From Callorhinchus milii (lineage: Eukaryota): a stretch of DNA of 62,000 nt. Position 1 is the stretch's first letter; every line of letters begins with the position of its first letter. Under the pieces are notes generated by a model. It did not search any database, was not told where the DNA came from, and saw only the letters and a list, made by a program, of their open reading frames with translations. Both the position numbers and the translations under genes were made by a program. This document shows positions 38,666 through 50,399 of the stretch, in pieces. The stretch lies in the NCBI RefSeq assembly GCF_018977255.1, contig NW_024704742.1:992001-1054000 (forward strand), in the 5' to 3' direction.

Positions 38666-38875
38666 ATTTTAAAGAAACAGCTTTTACTTCGTTGCCATTT
38701 AATCAGGCAGTCTTTAAGTTTTTTCCCTTTGTATGTGCGCCATTCTGATTTATCGTCTCAATAGTTTGAGAGAAGAAAATCAGGATTGCCAAACTAAATA
38801 ACAGTCGATTCTGGATAGATTTCAATCCAAATCTTATCCTGAAATGATTCTGGTCCAGATGCAGAAGGACTGCAA

Positions 38876-38945
38876 TATTCTATTCTATTCTATTCTATTC
38901 TATTCTATTCTATTCTATTCTATTCTATTCTATTCTGTTCTATTC
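38876..38945. repeat. (TATTC)14 microsatellite with one variant unit
   Basis: Read directly from the sequence. Confidence 0.97.
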
Positions 38946-39359
38946 ACTACCATTCTCATCAATGTGCAAATTGAAAACGTAAAAATACCTTGGTCTTAAA
39001 TAAGAATTAAGTTGCCTTTTTGTTTAAAAAAGCAACAATGCTGACGTTAAAGACCAGAAATTCAGAGCAAACAGGTGAGGCGCTGACATAAATAAAAGCT
39101 TTTTGTCAATGAACGATTTCAAAAATTCCAGCAACGATTTATTTTCCTGCCACCGCTGCCTTATTTTACATTTTCTCACTCCTTCGGGTTAAGCAATGCA
39201 GCCGGCACACAATCACAAAGATTTGGGGGCAGCGGGAGAATGTATCGGAGGGCAAAGTGCCTGCGTTGAGTGACACGAGGTCAGCAGGGAAGGACGAACT
39301 GTCCTGTCATCAGCAGGAAGTCAGCACAGAACGAGAGCTGCCTCCGGGGAAGTGGAAGC

Positions 39360-39640
39360 ACAGCAGATGGCATTAATTGCAAGGCACACAGTGACAACTG
39401 ACAGGAGCAATTCTCCATCCTGACAATTTGCACATGTCAAAAACACAAGCAAGCACATTCCACAAGTCTTCAAGGACTTCCACATCAGCAACACCTCCTC
39501 CCCTTTTCCTCTACTGGCTATAAAACTCCCCTGCCCCTAAAAACGGATGACAGGCGAGCCTTCTAATAATTAGCAAGGTCGCTGACAAACAGGTATAGGA
39601 CAGCAATCAATTACAATTAAAATGACAGTTCTTCCTTTTC
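39360..39640. promoter_or_regulatory. Candidate developmental enhancer or conserved non-coding element
   Basis: Repeat-free block with several TGACA(G) (Meis/TALE) and TAAT/ATTA homeodomain motifs. Motif-level evidence only. Confidence 0.3.
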
Positions 39641-39852
39641 GTTGGATTGCTGAGGTTGCTTTTTGTGAACTAACATGGTCTTACGATATCTCCATCTTGT
39701 TACAAAAGTTCACGTAGTGGTGTAATTTGTCGAATATATTTGACTGTTCTTAGAGCCGTTAAACGCTCAACACCGGTTGTAGATATGAACCATTTTCAGT
39801 CTCGTGCATTGAATTCACCTTAAAGTGAGGTTCTGCACTTGGTAACATGCAA

Positions 39853-40070
39853 GGGTTAAATTCCACTGGGGTCCAGATTTACTGTTTTTGTAGCATTTCA
39901 GAGTGTGCAGAGTTTGGCTAATTATGGAATTAATTTTGACGTGAGTTCTTTTTAGAACTACGGAAAAACAGATTCAAAGTTGAGACTGAATTCAACAACT
40001 TGCCAAACCGAGGATGCTCTGAAATGCTCTTTAATCAGAGTAAATCTGGACCTGGATAGAATTTTACCCC
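39853..40070. mobile_element. Palindromic MITE (family P), possibly PIF/Harbinger-type
   Basis: Imperfect ~65-bp inverted arms (GTCCAGATTTACT/AGTAAATCTGGAC, AGCATTTCAGAG/CTCTGAAATGCT, GTTTGGC/GCCAAAC), GGG...CCC ends, and CAA flanking both sides. Confidence 0.75.
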
Positions 40071-40494
40071 CAACGGTGCAAATGTACTGCATGTATCAGT
40101 GGGATTTCAGGAACATTGGCCATCAGATAGGTAGAGGCGGGTGATTTGACAAAGATGAAGCAAAGCGGATATACTTTACAGGTACATTCTTTTAGGTTTT
40201 TTAAAAAATGTGTTGAAATCACTTCTCTGCCAACCTGGGAGGGATACATTTCTGACAGATTTTGAACATAAACAAATGTTTCCTAAATCAAATCCAAAGG
40301 CTGTGCTGATCGTGTCATTTTTTTTAATATAATAGCCTTAAAACATCGGCAGTTGTATCAAGTGGCCAATTTTGCAGATCAGTGAGTCATTGTGATGAAG
40401 GGCATCAGGTATGTCAGGTACATGTAAACACGTACCAAAACCAGTACAGTGTACACACACCAGTATATTTCCACATATACATGTAATATTCAAT

Positions 40495-40985
40495 GTAATA
40501 ATAACTTGGGGAACACCTTTCTCATTGGGAAAACATCTCAAAGCAGTTCACAGGATTTGCCGTAAAGTATTTGTAGGCAAATGCGGCAGCCAATTTGCCC
40601 ACAGCAATGCCCCCCCCAGGCGTGCAGCGAGTGACCAGTTTCATCTGGGGGATTGTTGGCCAGGAAACTAGGAGAGACGTCCAACTCTTTTTAAGTCGTG
40701 CTGAGGGATCATCAGCGTCCACCTGAACAAGCGGATGGGGCCTCGGTTTATCATTTCATTTTAAATGACGGAACCTCCGACAATTACACCGTTGCTTTGG
40801 TGTGATATACCTGATTATGAACGCAGAGTTCCGAAGTGTGGCTTATAATAATAATAATAATATTAATAATAATAACAATAATCCTTGCATTTGATATACC
40901 GCTTTTCACATCTTCGAGACGTCAAAAAGATGTCTCAAAAATGCACAACCTTGACTCGCGTGCTACCAATCGAGCCAGACTGACA
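40495..40985 (-). mobile_element. Deu-domain SINE (family B) with a family A tail inserted in its head (~40846-40925)
   Basis: Deu core GTCCACCTGAACAAGCGGATGGGGCCTCGGTTTA. The head ...GTGTGGCTT is interrupted by an (AAT)n tail and resumes with CACAACCTTGACTC...CGAGCCAGACTGAC. Confidence 0.82.
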
Positions 40986-41204
40986 ACTGGTTTATACACA
41001 TACACAGCTATACTAGTCCTGTATGTGTACCTGTACACAGGTAATGTATACATACAAATTCAGGTACACATACCAGTATAGGTATAACTACGAGTATATA
41101 TAAATATAGATAATTACAAACACAAGTCAGCATTTTGATGCATTCTTTGTCCTGCCTGAACACTGCAAATAAACATCATACTTCCACAGTTACCACACTG
41201 CCGT

Positions 41205-41622
41205 GCACCAGTTTTAGCTGGTTAGACTCCAGCGGCACCCCAACACACACTCGGGGGTCCCCAAACCTTGGCTCTGGCCAACCTGTGCATAGGTAAGGAG
41301 AAATAAGTAAGCAACAACAACAACAACAAAATTACATTTATAGAGCGCCTTTCACGTTGGGAGGACATCCCAAAGCGCCGACCGAGTTTGTTGTAACGTA
41401 TACTTCGGAACGTTCTTTTAAACAGAGCTCCTTGACAGCGTTAGGACTTCCTGGCTCAGGCAAATAGTGTCCCTCAGGGAGAGAGAGAGAGAGAGCGCAC
41501 ATTCCATTCGATTACACAGGAATTGCCATGTGTAGGTTGGATGCACGGAACTCTCAATTTGCTTTGGATAGCCTTAAGGATGGTGATGGCTTTCTGCACG
41601 TGTCAGACACCCAGCTGACACC
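41205..41622 (-). repeat. Family U copy split by a composite insertion (~41295-41475)
   Basis: 41205-41290 and 41475-41622 are reverse complements of the 3' and 5' parts of 1867-2116. Confidence 0.8.
41382..41461 (+). repeat. Left arm of an 80-bp inverted repeat (partner 42368-42447)
   Basis: 72/80 identities by manual alignment with no gaps, including 33 consecutive perfect bases. Confidence 0.93.
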
Positions 41623-42367
41623 ACCCCCCCCCCAACCCCCCCCAAAAAAAAACATGTAATGGAACATCTCCTAACATTAGGCAAATATAGTGGTGCACAC
41701 TGAGGGGGAAATTGAGGACTTAAGGATGTTGACCAAAGACATCGCCAAAGAGATGTTTGTAGGGAGTTACCTTCACTAACCGTACGTGTCACAAGGTACG
41801 GCAAAGCACGTACGGGAATCATCTTTCCCTGCCTGCTTCAAAAAAGGAACCATTAAAAAAAGAGCAGAGGCCTTTCTACCTCGCATGAGCGTTCCTTTAT
41901 GTGCCCCCCCCCCCCACACACACACACACACCTCCCCTTTTTCCTCTTTGTTGCTGTTCTTTTAAATTCAAGCCATCTGGAGGATAGTGAAAGAGAACTC
42001 TTGAAGTATGCAATGAATCAAGTATTATAAGCATCTGTAGTGATCCTGTCCATGCCTGTTAAGGAAGCAAAGTCTTCATGCAAGGCTAATTTCTCTAATT
42101 GCATTTATGTTAAATGACTGCCAGATGCATGTATCAGACATTCACGATTATAAAACAATACCTTCCAGATTTCACCATAAATTATTGCAATTTACACAAG
42201 TGGGTGAAACTCCCAGAAGAGCAGTTATTTATTTAGTTGTTTGATTTGGAACAGTGTCTCCGAGGAGCTGCAGAATGATCCCAGGATCATTAGTTGATTT
42301 AAAAGAAAAGAAAAATCATTAAAAAAAATTACCGTGTGGGTTGTACTTTTCAGCCACCAAAGGGTGA

Positions 42368-42447
42368 GCCTGAGCCAGGAAGTCCTAACGCTGTCAAGGA
42401 ACTCTGTTTAAAATAATGTTCACAATTATACGTTATAACAAACTTGG
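42368..42447 (-). repeat. Right arm of the 80-bp inverted repeat (partner 41382-41461)
   Basis: GCCTGAGCCAGGAAGTCCTAACGCTGTCAAGGA is the exact reverse complement of 41429-41461. Confidence 0.93.
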
Positions 42448-43324
42448 CTAACCTTCCTGATAACTACTTAAATATTATGTATGAGGTCTAAGATGTAGGA
42501 TTCCTAACAAAAATTCCTAATGGAAATTCCTAACGGAATCCATATTAAGAAATGTTGTCCCCTCTTGGGAAAACTCCTCTCTGGAGGTAGATCATGAAGC
42601 ATTGGGCTTCTTGTGGGTCGGCAAAATGTACTTCCAATTGTACGACTTAGATTCCTTATGAAAGATTCTTTAAAGAAATACCGCATTTTAGACAATATCT
42701 AATAAGTATTCTTCAGATGTAAGGGTTTATTTGAGAAGCTATAGATCCTGAATTGAGCAACCGTGATACCTGGGGGTTTAGCAAAAGATTCCCATTGATC
42801 ACACTGGTTACCTAGTACGTTACCTATGAAAAATGTTGAAATCAATTCCAGGTAATTCAATTTGGACAACATAAAGCAGATATTGGATTTCTGTGTCGTC
42901 TCTTTTTAGCTTTAACGCTGCAAGATCTTTTTTAACACTTTTACTCCCCATCAGGGGTTCACGTTTCAGGTATTAAGTGACGGTAAACAAACGGTTGTAT
43001 CTCAGAACGGAGGCGATGGGAATTTCTTTCATACTATTTGGTACTATTGCAGCTGTGCGCCCTTGCCTGATAATTTACAATAAATGTCAATCTTCATAGA
43101 CAGCTCCATAGGTAGTTTTTGAAAGGTTTAGTTTAACTGCTGCAGACTAATTCCTATAAACAAGAGATTTTCCAGGTTTCCTTGTAGCTCAAGCTCAAAT
43201 GCTAACCAAAAGATTTTGAGTCTCAAATTCTGAATGGAAGGTTCCTGTAGCCACCTCCCACCTCCATCCCTGTCCTTATAAAGCACTCCGAGACATTACC
43301 CAAGATCAGTGGTAGCCAGGTATT

Positions 43325-43733
43325 ATAATAATAATACAATAATAATCCTTGCATTTGATATAGCGCTTTTCACGTCTTCTCGACGTCTCAAAGCGCTTCA
43401 CAGAATAATAATAATAATAATAATCCTTGAATTTGATATAGCGCTTTTCACGTCGGAAGGATGTCCCAAAGCGCTTCACAGAACACACTATAAAGTGAAT
43501 TGACTGTATATTTGTGGGCGAACGCGGCAGCCAATTGCGCATAGCAATGTCCCACACACGGCCGTGGGTTGAATATGACCAATTTATTATTATTTTGATT
43601 CGAAGGGATTATTATTATTAGAGCTGTGTGTGGAGTAAGGAAACTTGCCCGAGGTTTCGCCCTGACCTGCCTGGAATTGAACTCAGGTCTCTCGCTTGCA
43701 AGGCGAGTGCTCTAACCCCTGAGCTACAGGACT
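43325..43733 (-). mobile_element. SINE family A, short variant with a doubled tail
   Basis: Two consecutive (AAT)n-CCTTG.ATTTGATATAGCGCTTTTCACGTC tails. The body lacks the central segment. The head ends GAGCTACAGGACT. Confidence 0.9.
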
Positions 43734-43792
43734 ATCATGGTTTATGGACGGCCAACAAAATAATTTTTCTTGATTGAATATTTCTTGATTAG

Positions 43793-44155
43793 TAATAATA
43801 ATGCTAGAGTGTGATATTGCGCCTTATTGTGTCTTCGAGACGTCTCAAAGCGCTTCACGGAATATACTGTAAAGTGAATTGACTGTACATTTTGTGGGCG
43901 AAACGCAACAGCCATTTGTGCACAGCAGCGTCCCACAAACAGTCGTGGATTGAGTGACCAATTGTTTTTTGAAGGAATTATATCCCCTGGAAAAGCGATC
44001 CGCCAATCGACTACCAACCGGGTTCCTACTTATTGCTGGGTAAACAGAGGCGTGTGGAGTAAGGGAACTTGCCCAACATTTTGCCCTCCTGGGAATCGAA
44101 TCCAGGTCTCTCGTTTACTCTAGTTAGTGTGCTCTAACCACTGAACTACAGGACT
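43793..44155 (-). mobile_element. Full-length SINE family A
   Basis: Colinear with the reverse complement of 167-555. Confidence 0.92.
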
Positions 44156-45269
44156 GAGCTGCTATAAATCAAGCAATCTTCAATCATTTAAAAAAAATTA
44201 AAACTACGAGCACTACCAATCGAACACGGACCTCAGGTGCGATTTGAAGATGGACAAAGAGGAGCAAGACAGATGGATTGAGGCAAGGAGTTGCGGATAT
44301 TTGGGGTGTACTAACCACCCCGTTTTTTTTATATATTAACATAGTTACTTGTGGTAAGGAAATAGAAAGCAGATGGAAAGGGAACTCATCCTCTTTGTTG
44401 CTTTCGTGGCAGTTCCTACTGTCTAGTCTACCAGATGAACACTGAGCATTGTTGGCATAGTTATTAAAGATTTAAAGGGACAGTAACTAAATACCTTCAC
44501 AATCAGCAAGCGAGCACAGAAAGTGAAATACATTTTTTTTTCACCAATCCGTCCGAGCAACTTTTATTCCTGTTGAAATAAACTGGACTTATGGATTTGA
44601 AGAGTTAAAAACACCTGGAAACATCTCAGGTTTCTTTGGGAGCAGGTGGGAGCGATTTCCTCCACGTACACGTATGTGGGGGCACGGGGTCTTTGGCTCA
44701 GATTGTCCGGCTAATTGGAAGGGTCCGCAGGGAAATGAATGTCGCAAGCAGCTGTGGAATGGCATTTCGTTCTGAGGTACACTCCCAATCTGTCAACAGT
44801 ACCCTGATTGGCCTGACAGCATTAATCCACCCAGATGTTCCGAATTTCGTGTTCGGGGCTCTGAGACATCGGCTTAAAGCCTGTTCTCTGAAGAAGGGTC
44901 CCTTGTCCATTTATTTAACAGACTCCAAAGTGCTGCAATTAATTGCTCTGTAGGGCTTTGTCCGGGACTCACTGAGCGCTGTCATCATGAGTGTTTGCCC
45001 CCTGCACCAAAAGTAGGGCAATCTATGATCATGCCCCTTCAGTAAGAAAGAGGGGCTGTCCCTGGCCTCTCTATGGTTGAATGGCAGCTGGCACCATACA
45101 CGTAAACTACACCAAACAGCCCAGTAACTACACGGCCACTAACATAACACTTACCCACCAGATTCAGCCAAGTAATCAGGTTACGTTCACAACTCTCCAA
45201 GAATTTCCCTCGCCGGTAAGATCCCCTACCGTCTGACATTCAGGAACTGGCTCCACCACAGCATGGGCA

Positions 45270-45430
45270 CTCTGCCGTCTCCCAAGGCCTCCGCTCCACT
45301 AACGGCGGCTGTGCTTTCAGTCATTATTCCCTGAACCCCTGGATCTCTCTGCCCGCGCCTCGCCCCCATCTCTACCCTTCTTCAAATCGCACCCTTCCTC
45401 TTCAACCTCGGCTACAGTCACCTCCACTGA
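45270..45430 (+). mobile_element. L2 3' fragment
   Basis: STNGGCAFSHYS-like remnant and a CCTTCCTCTTCAACC motif. Confidence 0.6.
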
Positions 45431-45509
45431 GAAGATTCTGAGAAGAAATTGCTACAAATAGGGGCACAAATAAGCTGCCCTTTTTTGTAACTTTTTTTGG
45501 TCTCCGTTC

Positions 45510-45692
45510 TAATAATAATCCTTGTGTTTCATAAAACACATCACAAAGACATCTCGAAGCCCTTCACAGGTTAAGCTATTTGTAAACTAATTTGTGCACA
45601 GCAAGGTCCCGCAAACAGCTATGAGCGAACGACCAATTTTACTTGGAGGATTGTTGGCCAGGGTACCACTGGGAGAAACACCCTTCTCTGTT
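45510..45692 (-). mobile_element. Family B SINE 3' part
   Basis: Tail plus TGTGCACAGCAAGGTCCCGCAAACAGC...GTTGGCCAGG. Confidence 0.7.
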
Positions 45693-45934
45693 TCTCCAGT
45701 ACCTGGACTGAAGAGTAGCTTTCTGCGTGAACTCTACAGGAAGGGAAGTTGCCTTCAGTCTGGGTCATCGTGACTCAAACTCAGCACAATCTCAATCGTA
45801 CGAATATATTAACGGATGTTTATGGTTCTAATGCTCCAATTCATCTTTTAAAGGGCAGTACAAGCCATACGTCTTACTTATTTTCTGATGTGCAGCACTG
45901 CACGTTGCCAAATGTCACTTGAATAAGTGAGGGA

Positions 45935-46150
45935 GGTGAAAGTTTATGGCAGACACACAATTTCATTTCCAGTGGGCCTCGGATAAATTATAGCGTCTCC
46001 ACAGCCTAAATCTGTGCGACTCTCACTGATTTATATTCCCGTTTGGCTATTTCCAGTGCCCATTTCCCCTCATGTGACATTTAGAGGTGCCAGTGACCGC
46101 TAATTCCCCATTAATGCACGGGAAGCAGCATCGGTGCAATAAATAAAACC
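45935..46150. promoter_or_regulatory. Candidate conserved non-coding element
   Basis: Repeat-free. Contains TTTATGG and TGATTTAT (Hox/Pbx-Hox-like), TGACA, TAATT and CATTAAT. Motif-level evidence only. Confidence 0.25.
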
Positions 46151-46294
46151 TAGTTTATTTGTGTGATATTTGGAGTTTGAGCAGAGGACACAAGATTAAA
46201 TAAAAATTTCCCATTAGTATGTCCTTAGATGCACTAACATTTGAAAACAAAAGCCATTTGCTTTCACTGAATAACCAACACGGGACAGAATTCC

Positions 46295-46445
46295 AATTTG
46301 AATTAGGTAAACAGGATGCATCTCTCCAGGGAGAGAGAGCATATTCCATTCCAATACACGAGGATGTCCATGCTTAGGTGGGATGCATGGAACTCTCGTT
46401 CCATGGTCTGGACGATATGTGTCCACATGTGTCAGACACCAGGAT
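46295..46445 (-). repeat. Family U fragment
   Basis: GAATTAGGTAA...GCATATTCCATTCCAAT...TAGGTGGGATGCATGGAAC...CATGTGTCAGACACC. Confidence 0.75.
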
Positions 46446-47489
46446 GACCCCACCCTTACCCCCATCCCCCACAAAAATGTTGACAGGACATCTTCACAGA
46501 GTACAGCGTGAATTATAGTAACTGCGTAATTTGCACACTGCAATGTCCCACAAATGAAGTGAATGATCAATTTTATTAGCCCCAATTAGCCCGGCAACTT
46601 CTGATGTGTGAATGCCGTCATTTTCAGATCCATCAGTAGAACGTTAAGCTTGTGCCAGTACGTTGCATGATTGATGAATGCATATTCTCAGCTTGAACTG
46701 CAAATAGTGTTTAATAAAATAGCTCCACATATAATCTGAAGTTATTTCTCCAATAACGAATAAACGTGGTGCTTTTTCCTACCAAATCTATCAATTGGGT
46801 TTTCTCTCCCAAGGCCTCTGAAAGTCTCCAAACATATTTGCATAAGGACAAAGTGCATAAGCAAAAAGGAAATGACTGAAAGGCAGCACGCAGGATTGGA
46901 GGTAAGAGAATCCAGTTCACAACATCAAACACCAATGTTGAGGGCTGATGAAATCCTAGAAATCGCAAAGCAATTGTCTATCAGCAGGTACCATCGACAC
47001 AGGTCAATAAGGTTGGATGGTTAAACTGGTCAGAAGTCAAGCAGGAGGAAAATCTGAAACAAATTTCAGACAAGTGATGGCAGACGTCTCAGCAGTGTTG
47101 CGTATCTATTGGTTGAATGCATTTGTTCCGTTTCCTACGGGTGCGATGACTACCGGGTTTGACGTAAAACAGGTGGCAATATTTAGTTATAGTTGAGTCC
47201 ATTTTTTTTCACGCACATATACACAAATTAAATGGTTGGCGATATTCCTTGATCAGAAACAAATTTTAGCACTTCAAGTCCATAATATTCGGACCGTATT
47301 AATAACGTCCATCAATAATAAATTAATTTCATTCAAACATACCAATCCCAGAAACTGGGAATTTCATTAAAACAGTATTATCGTTATCTATAATACATTA
47401 CTGCTTGTGAGAATGAAAATAGAGTAAATATTTGGTTAGAAATGGGACCTGGGACTAGATTTATTCCATTCATAATGCAGCATGTTAGT

Positions 47490-47637
47490 GTGTCCAGAAT
47501 TGAGCAAATTCTTAAACATAGCCTTGATTTTGATTCTGTAAGTTTCTTTTAAGAACTACAAACAAACAACTTCAAAGTTAAGACTGAATTAAAAAAAAAT
47601 TGCCAAATTCTGGATTCTTAGGTGGAATTTTCCCCCG
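47490..47637. mobile_element. MITE family P, partial copy
   Basis: TTCTTTTAAGAACTAC...TTCAAAGTTAAGACTGAATT...TTGCCAAA...GGTGGAATTTTCCCCC matches 39945-40070. Confidence 0.65.
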
Positions 47638-48096
47638 GTGGTGTTTAAAAAGCGCGTGTTCTAACATAAATATCCGTAAAAAGGCTTCCCTCAAGGAGTT
47701 AGATCCCATTATTATTTTTCAGGCCTTCCAACTACAGGCATTTGAAAATAATTCCCTTCACCTTAAGTAGAGTTTCATTCCGTAACCTACCCTTTTAAAG
47801 CTCAAATATTTGCAAAGAGTTCTGATTAACACCTTTGTTTTTGATTCAGACATTTCTTTCAGTGTTTTACTTGAAATAATGAGTGTGAGCATTGTGGGGT
47901 TACCGGCGAGAAAGGGCTGCTCAGTTCAACAGTGTGGGGGAGTTTAATTAACACACAGTCAATGCTGTGTCGTTCTTCACTTTCCCAGCAGTCAAGCACA
48001 GGGGTTTTGGCGTGGGAAGGTTTCTGAGCTATGGAATACCAAAAACAGTCCATCCCGAATCATCATTGGATTTACAATTGTATCTTTGCTAATTAT

Positions 48097-48305
48097 GGAG
48101 TCCTGTAGCTCAGCGGTTAGGGCACTCGCCTCACAAGTGAGAGGACCTGGGTTCGATTCCCGGGAAGGTCGAAACACTGGGCAAGTTTCCTTACTCCACG
48201 CACACCCCTCTGTTTACCTAGCAGTTAGCAGGAACCTGGTTGTTTTTTGATTCAAAGACGAGATAAAGTGCTATATCAAATGCAAGATGATTATTATTAT
48301 TATTA
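48097..48305 (+). mobile_element. SINE family A head and extreme tail (internal deletion)
   Basis: GGAGTCCTGTAGCTCAGCGGTTAGGGCACTCGCCTCACAAGTGAGAGGACCTGGGTTCGATTCCC, then a jump to GTGCTATATCAAATGCAAG(ATT)n. Confidence 0.88.
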
Positions 48306-49154
48306 TCTTACTTCAACCACTGTCAGTCTGCCTCAGTCATTTGTTCAAGCGAATCCAATGCTACCATAATCAGCGTTCTTGCCTTCGGTTAAGTCTGCGA
48401 GCTCCATTCTTAAATGGGTCCTCGCCTTAGCCAACTTTCCTGGTAATCAGTGTTTCAGTTATTGTCTTCCTGTTCAGGTAGACAATGATCCCATGGCATC
48501 ATTCAAAAAGAGAAGGGAGTTCCTCCCCCAATAAAATTAGTCATTCCACTCATGGCGGTTTGTGGAACAACAACAACAACAACAATTTTACAATTATACA
48601 GCAGCTTTCAGATCAGGAGGATGCCTCAAAGCACTTTAAAGAGCCAACTCCAAGCCTGAGCTGGGGTTGAGGTTAGTTGAGGAAGGAGGAAAAGGCGAGG
48701 GGAAGATGAGGAAGGTGAGGGGGGTTTGGGGGCCAATAGAGCAGGCCAGTAACCTGTTCTCAGGCAATAAACCAGTGTCTCTTTGAGGCTTCCCACAGCC
48801 TCTCACAAGCAAAACTCACCTATTCTCCCTTACAATATTTATTTCATATTGAGGGTTATTAGAACTGGAATGCATTGCCACAAGTAGCTGTGATTAATAA
48901 TATTCCTTACATACAATATAGAGTGCTTTGATGTCAGGAGGAAGTCCAAAGTGCATTCATTCACAGTGCTGGATGGGTACCTGATCTGGGGATGGGAGCC
49001 TGGTGGGGTAGGGAGGGGAAAAAAACAACAAATTACATTTATGCTAAAAAAGGAAAGTCTTGAGATGGTCCTTGAAGAAGGCGAGGGACGGGGCAAGGCA
49101 AAGGGATTCAGGGATTGAGTTACAGGGAGTGGGGCCAAAAAGGCTGAACAGATA

Positions 49155-49335
49155 GATGGGACTTTGGTAATGTCTCATTCGAAAGGATGGCACCTCCAAC
49201 AATGTAACACGGTCCCCAGTACTCTATTACAATGTCAGCCTAGACTATATGAGTTCAAAGTCCCCACATGGGGCTTGAACCCACAAACTTTTGACTCTGA
49301 GGTGAGACTGCTACCGAATGAGTCTGACTGCCACA
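49155..49335 (-). mobile_element. Family B SINE 5' half
   Basis: AATGTCTCATTCGAAAGGATGGCACCTCCAACAATG...GGGGCTTGAACCCACAAAC. Confidence 0.8.
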
Positions 49336-49359
49336 CAGTTATGGAAGCTGACAGCATAG

Positions 49360-49510
49360 CAATATTTTAAAATGAAATTGGATAAATATTTGAAGAGGAA
49401 TAATCTAAAAGGCCATGGGGGAAAGAGCGGGAAATCAGATTAAAGAAGTTAAGTCACTAGCGTCAATTTGAAAACTGAATGGCCTCCTTCTATCCTGTAA
49501 ATTCTGATGC
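49360..49510 (+). mobile_element. CR1 3' end fragment
   Basis: FKMKLDKYLKRNNLKGHG remnant and GAATGGCCTCCTTCT terminus. Confidence 0.7.
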
Positions 49511-50399
49511 TATTGAGAGTAGAGACTAAACTTAGGTTAGAAAGGTAAGTAATCAAACAATAAACTTTGCCTTAGATTTTGTCTACGGTTAATTAAAAGA
49601 CATAAATTAAAACAGTAGCTCTAATTTAAGCCTCTATCAGTTGTGTCTAAATTGCATGTATATGACCCTTTGCTCAAACATTAATTGTGTTCATTTTGCA
49701 TTCCTTGATGAAGCAGACATGAAATTGAAAGCAGCAAATTATATCCTTGACAGAGATGTTCTGCGCTATATTTAATTTCCAGGGCAGTAAAAATGGTAAT
49801 AATGCCACTCCAAAGGTTAGTGCAGGAACTGGCATTTATAAGAAAGACTGTTCCATTGTTTCTGCCTCATTAGCACAAAATGAGTAATAATTTAGTGGGG
49901 TTAGATTTGGTTTCTGTTCTAAAACCAATTTCCTTTTTCTAATTAGATAGAATAAATTGGCTGTGCAAAGACCACGGTTGTGAAAGTTCTGAGTTCCAAA
50001 AATAATTTTCCCTCGTGCTTTATAGATCCACCCGTTTCGACAATAAAATGCCTGGGGCGAAAATTATTACACCTTGGACCTTTGCTGTTTTTATCAATTA
50101 AGTTCAATCTCAACAAAAACGTGGTAATTCTTATTATAGACTCTATGGGCAATTTTCTGTTACGAGTGGTAAACAGAACAGTGCTAAATAGGATTTGATT
50201 CTCATTTTAACTGCAGGAGGTCTGGTGTTTCAGAGTTGCATCCAGCGATTGAAGAAGTATCTAAAGGAAAAAAGGGTAAAAACTGGTTGAGTACTCAACC
50301 TGTGGAGCTCGACAAATTATCACTGATGAGCAGCACGTCCTACGCTGAGCAACTCCAAGGTTAGTACAAGGATTTGAAAGAATCAGATCATACCTTAAA

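Noticed and set aside
43306..44017. Recurrent similar peptides ([15 protein letters not shown]...) suggesting a gene family
   Set aside because: They are translations of SINE family A tails, not genes.
45700..45745. Hammerhead-like CTGAAGA-stem loop
   Set aside because: The conserved GAAA after stem II is absent. Other CTGATGA hits (13601, 36928, 50323) also lack it.
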